From the NCBI GenBank assembly GCA_964252035.1, contig OZ176200.1: a DNA stretch of 64,000 nucleotides; one strand, given 5' to 3'. Made by a program: the position numbers and the translations under genes. The notes under the pieces were generated by a model that was given only the letters and a program-made list of their open reading frames with translations, was not told the origin of the DNA and ran no database searches. Each line of letters opens with the position of its first letter. Position 1 is the stretch's first letter. This document shows, piece by piece, positions 63,039 to 64,000 of this stretch. Origin of the DNA: Podarcis erhardii (lineage: Eukaryota).

Positions 63039-64000
63039 CTAATTGTCATGACACAGAAGGAAAGATGGGGAAGGAAAAGCAAAACCAAGCAAATTTGAGT
63101 ATACTAACTCTTGCATGATTGGAGCAAGGTGTTACATAATGTTCAGGTGGGATGATCACTACAGCAGAGGAGTGGAGGAGCTACATGGCAGTTGACCCCA
63201 ACCGAATCAAGAGAGATGCTGTGGGGCCTCCCTTTGGAGCAGCTGCAAATAGCGACTGTTCCAGGAGGACAGGAGCCAAATGGTAGTTTGTCTCAGCTAG
63301 GCAGATAAAGGGGTCCTCACCTTTCCCCCTAATACACCTGGTATGATGGCTCCAGATGGAAGCTACTCTGGTAGGAAAAAAGGCAAAAGAGAATTGGTGC
63401 CAGCCAAGCTGACGGAGGGGGCCTCACTGTCATTTCTCTCTCTACAAAAGCCTCTGCAAGAATCAGTTCTGGAGGATGGAAGCTTCATGCTGGTTAGAAG
63501 GTGGGAGGGGGTGGGGTTTCTCCAAGAACATTCTTGTAATCTTTGGTGCTTTGGCCTGTGATAATATCTAAGCTTCAAGCTGGGGCTGGGGAACTGGTGG
63601 CTCTCCAGACATTGTTGGACTACAACTCCCATGGTCCCTGGATATTGGCCATGCAAACTGGAGCTGATAGGAGCCCAACAACATCTGGAGGGCACAGGTA
63701 CCTCAGCCCTGGCTGTGGTAAGGGGTTCTGACATGAAATGTGTCTAACTCGAGGCATCCCTGTTACATGTGTGCCCAGCGCATGCATATTTGCAGTATTG
63801 TCAGCACGATGCTGATTTAGTAGGAAGCAGCAGCAATAGTGGAACATGGATGGAACATGGATGGGCCTAACTCAAGTGATCCTGTTGTTTCAACAGGGAC
63901 ATGTTTCACTGTTTCCAACTGAGTTAAAATAGGAAATTACAGCACTGCAGACACTGCCTATAACAGAATGTAAGCAGCTTGGGAACCAGGCAGGGGCAAA

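Noticed and set aside
62728-64000. SAXO4 start exon (MMGKLP…KFYATSY-like)
   Set aside because: No matching minus-strand translation found; it presumably lies beyond the window end.

Overview
Vertebrate genomic DNA, most likely a squamate (probably lacertid) lizard judging from the repeat families (Sauria SINE, Squam3-like SINE, CR1, L2, Penelope, hAT and Tc1/mariner MITEs). Three protein-coding genes were assembled by hand from splice sites and recalled homology; no database search was run. (1) The last five coding exons of SYT7 (C2A and C2B domains, + strand, 3216-18120). (2) Single-exon LRRC10B (- strand, 41976-42860) under a CpG island. (3) Eleven coding exons of SAXO4/PPP1R32 (- strand, 49401-62727), with the first coding exon outside the window. 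The order and orientation match human 11q12.2 as I recall it. Most short ORFs in the supplied track are noise, antisense shadows or repeat fragments. The best lead is an apparent alternative 3' module in the last SYT7 intron: a 114-nt exon that would replace the C2B C-terminus, followed by a second acceptor and an intronic poly(A) signal. Other leads are an RFX X-box and a uORF/myristoylation start arrangement at LRRC10B, a perfect splice donor directly after the SAXO4 stop, a candidate SAXO4 poison exon, an unexplained codon-biased ORF ending in a CaaX-like motif, and a Penelope-derived hairpin with a broken hammerhead core. All of these are predictions from sequence only.
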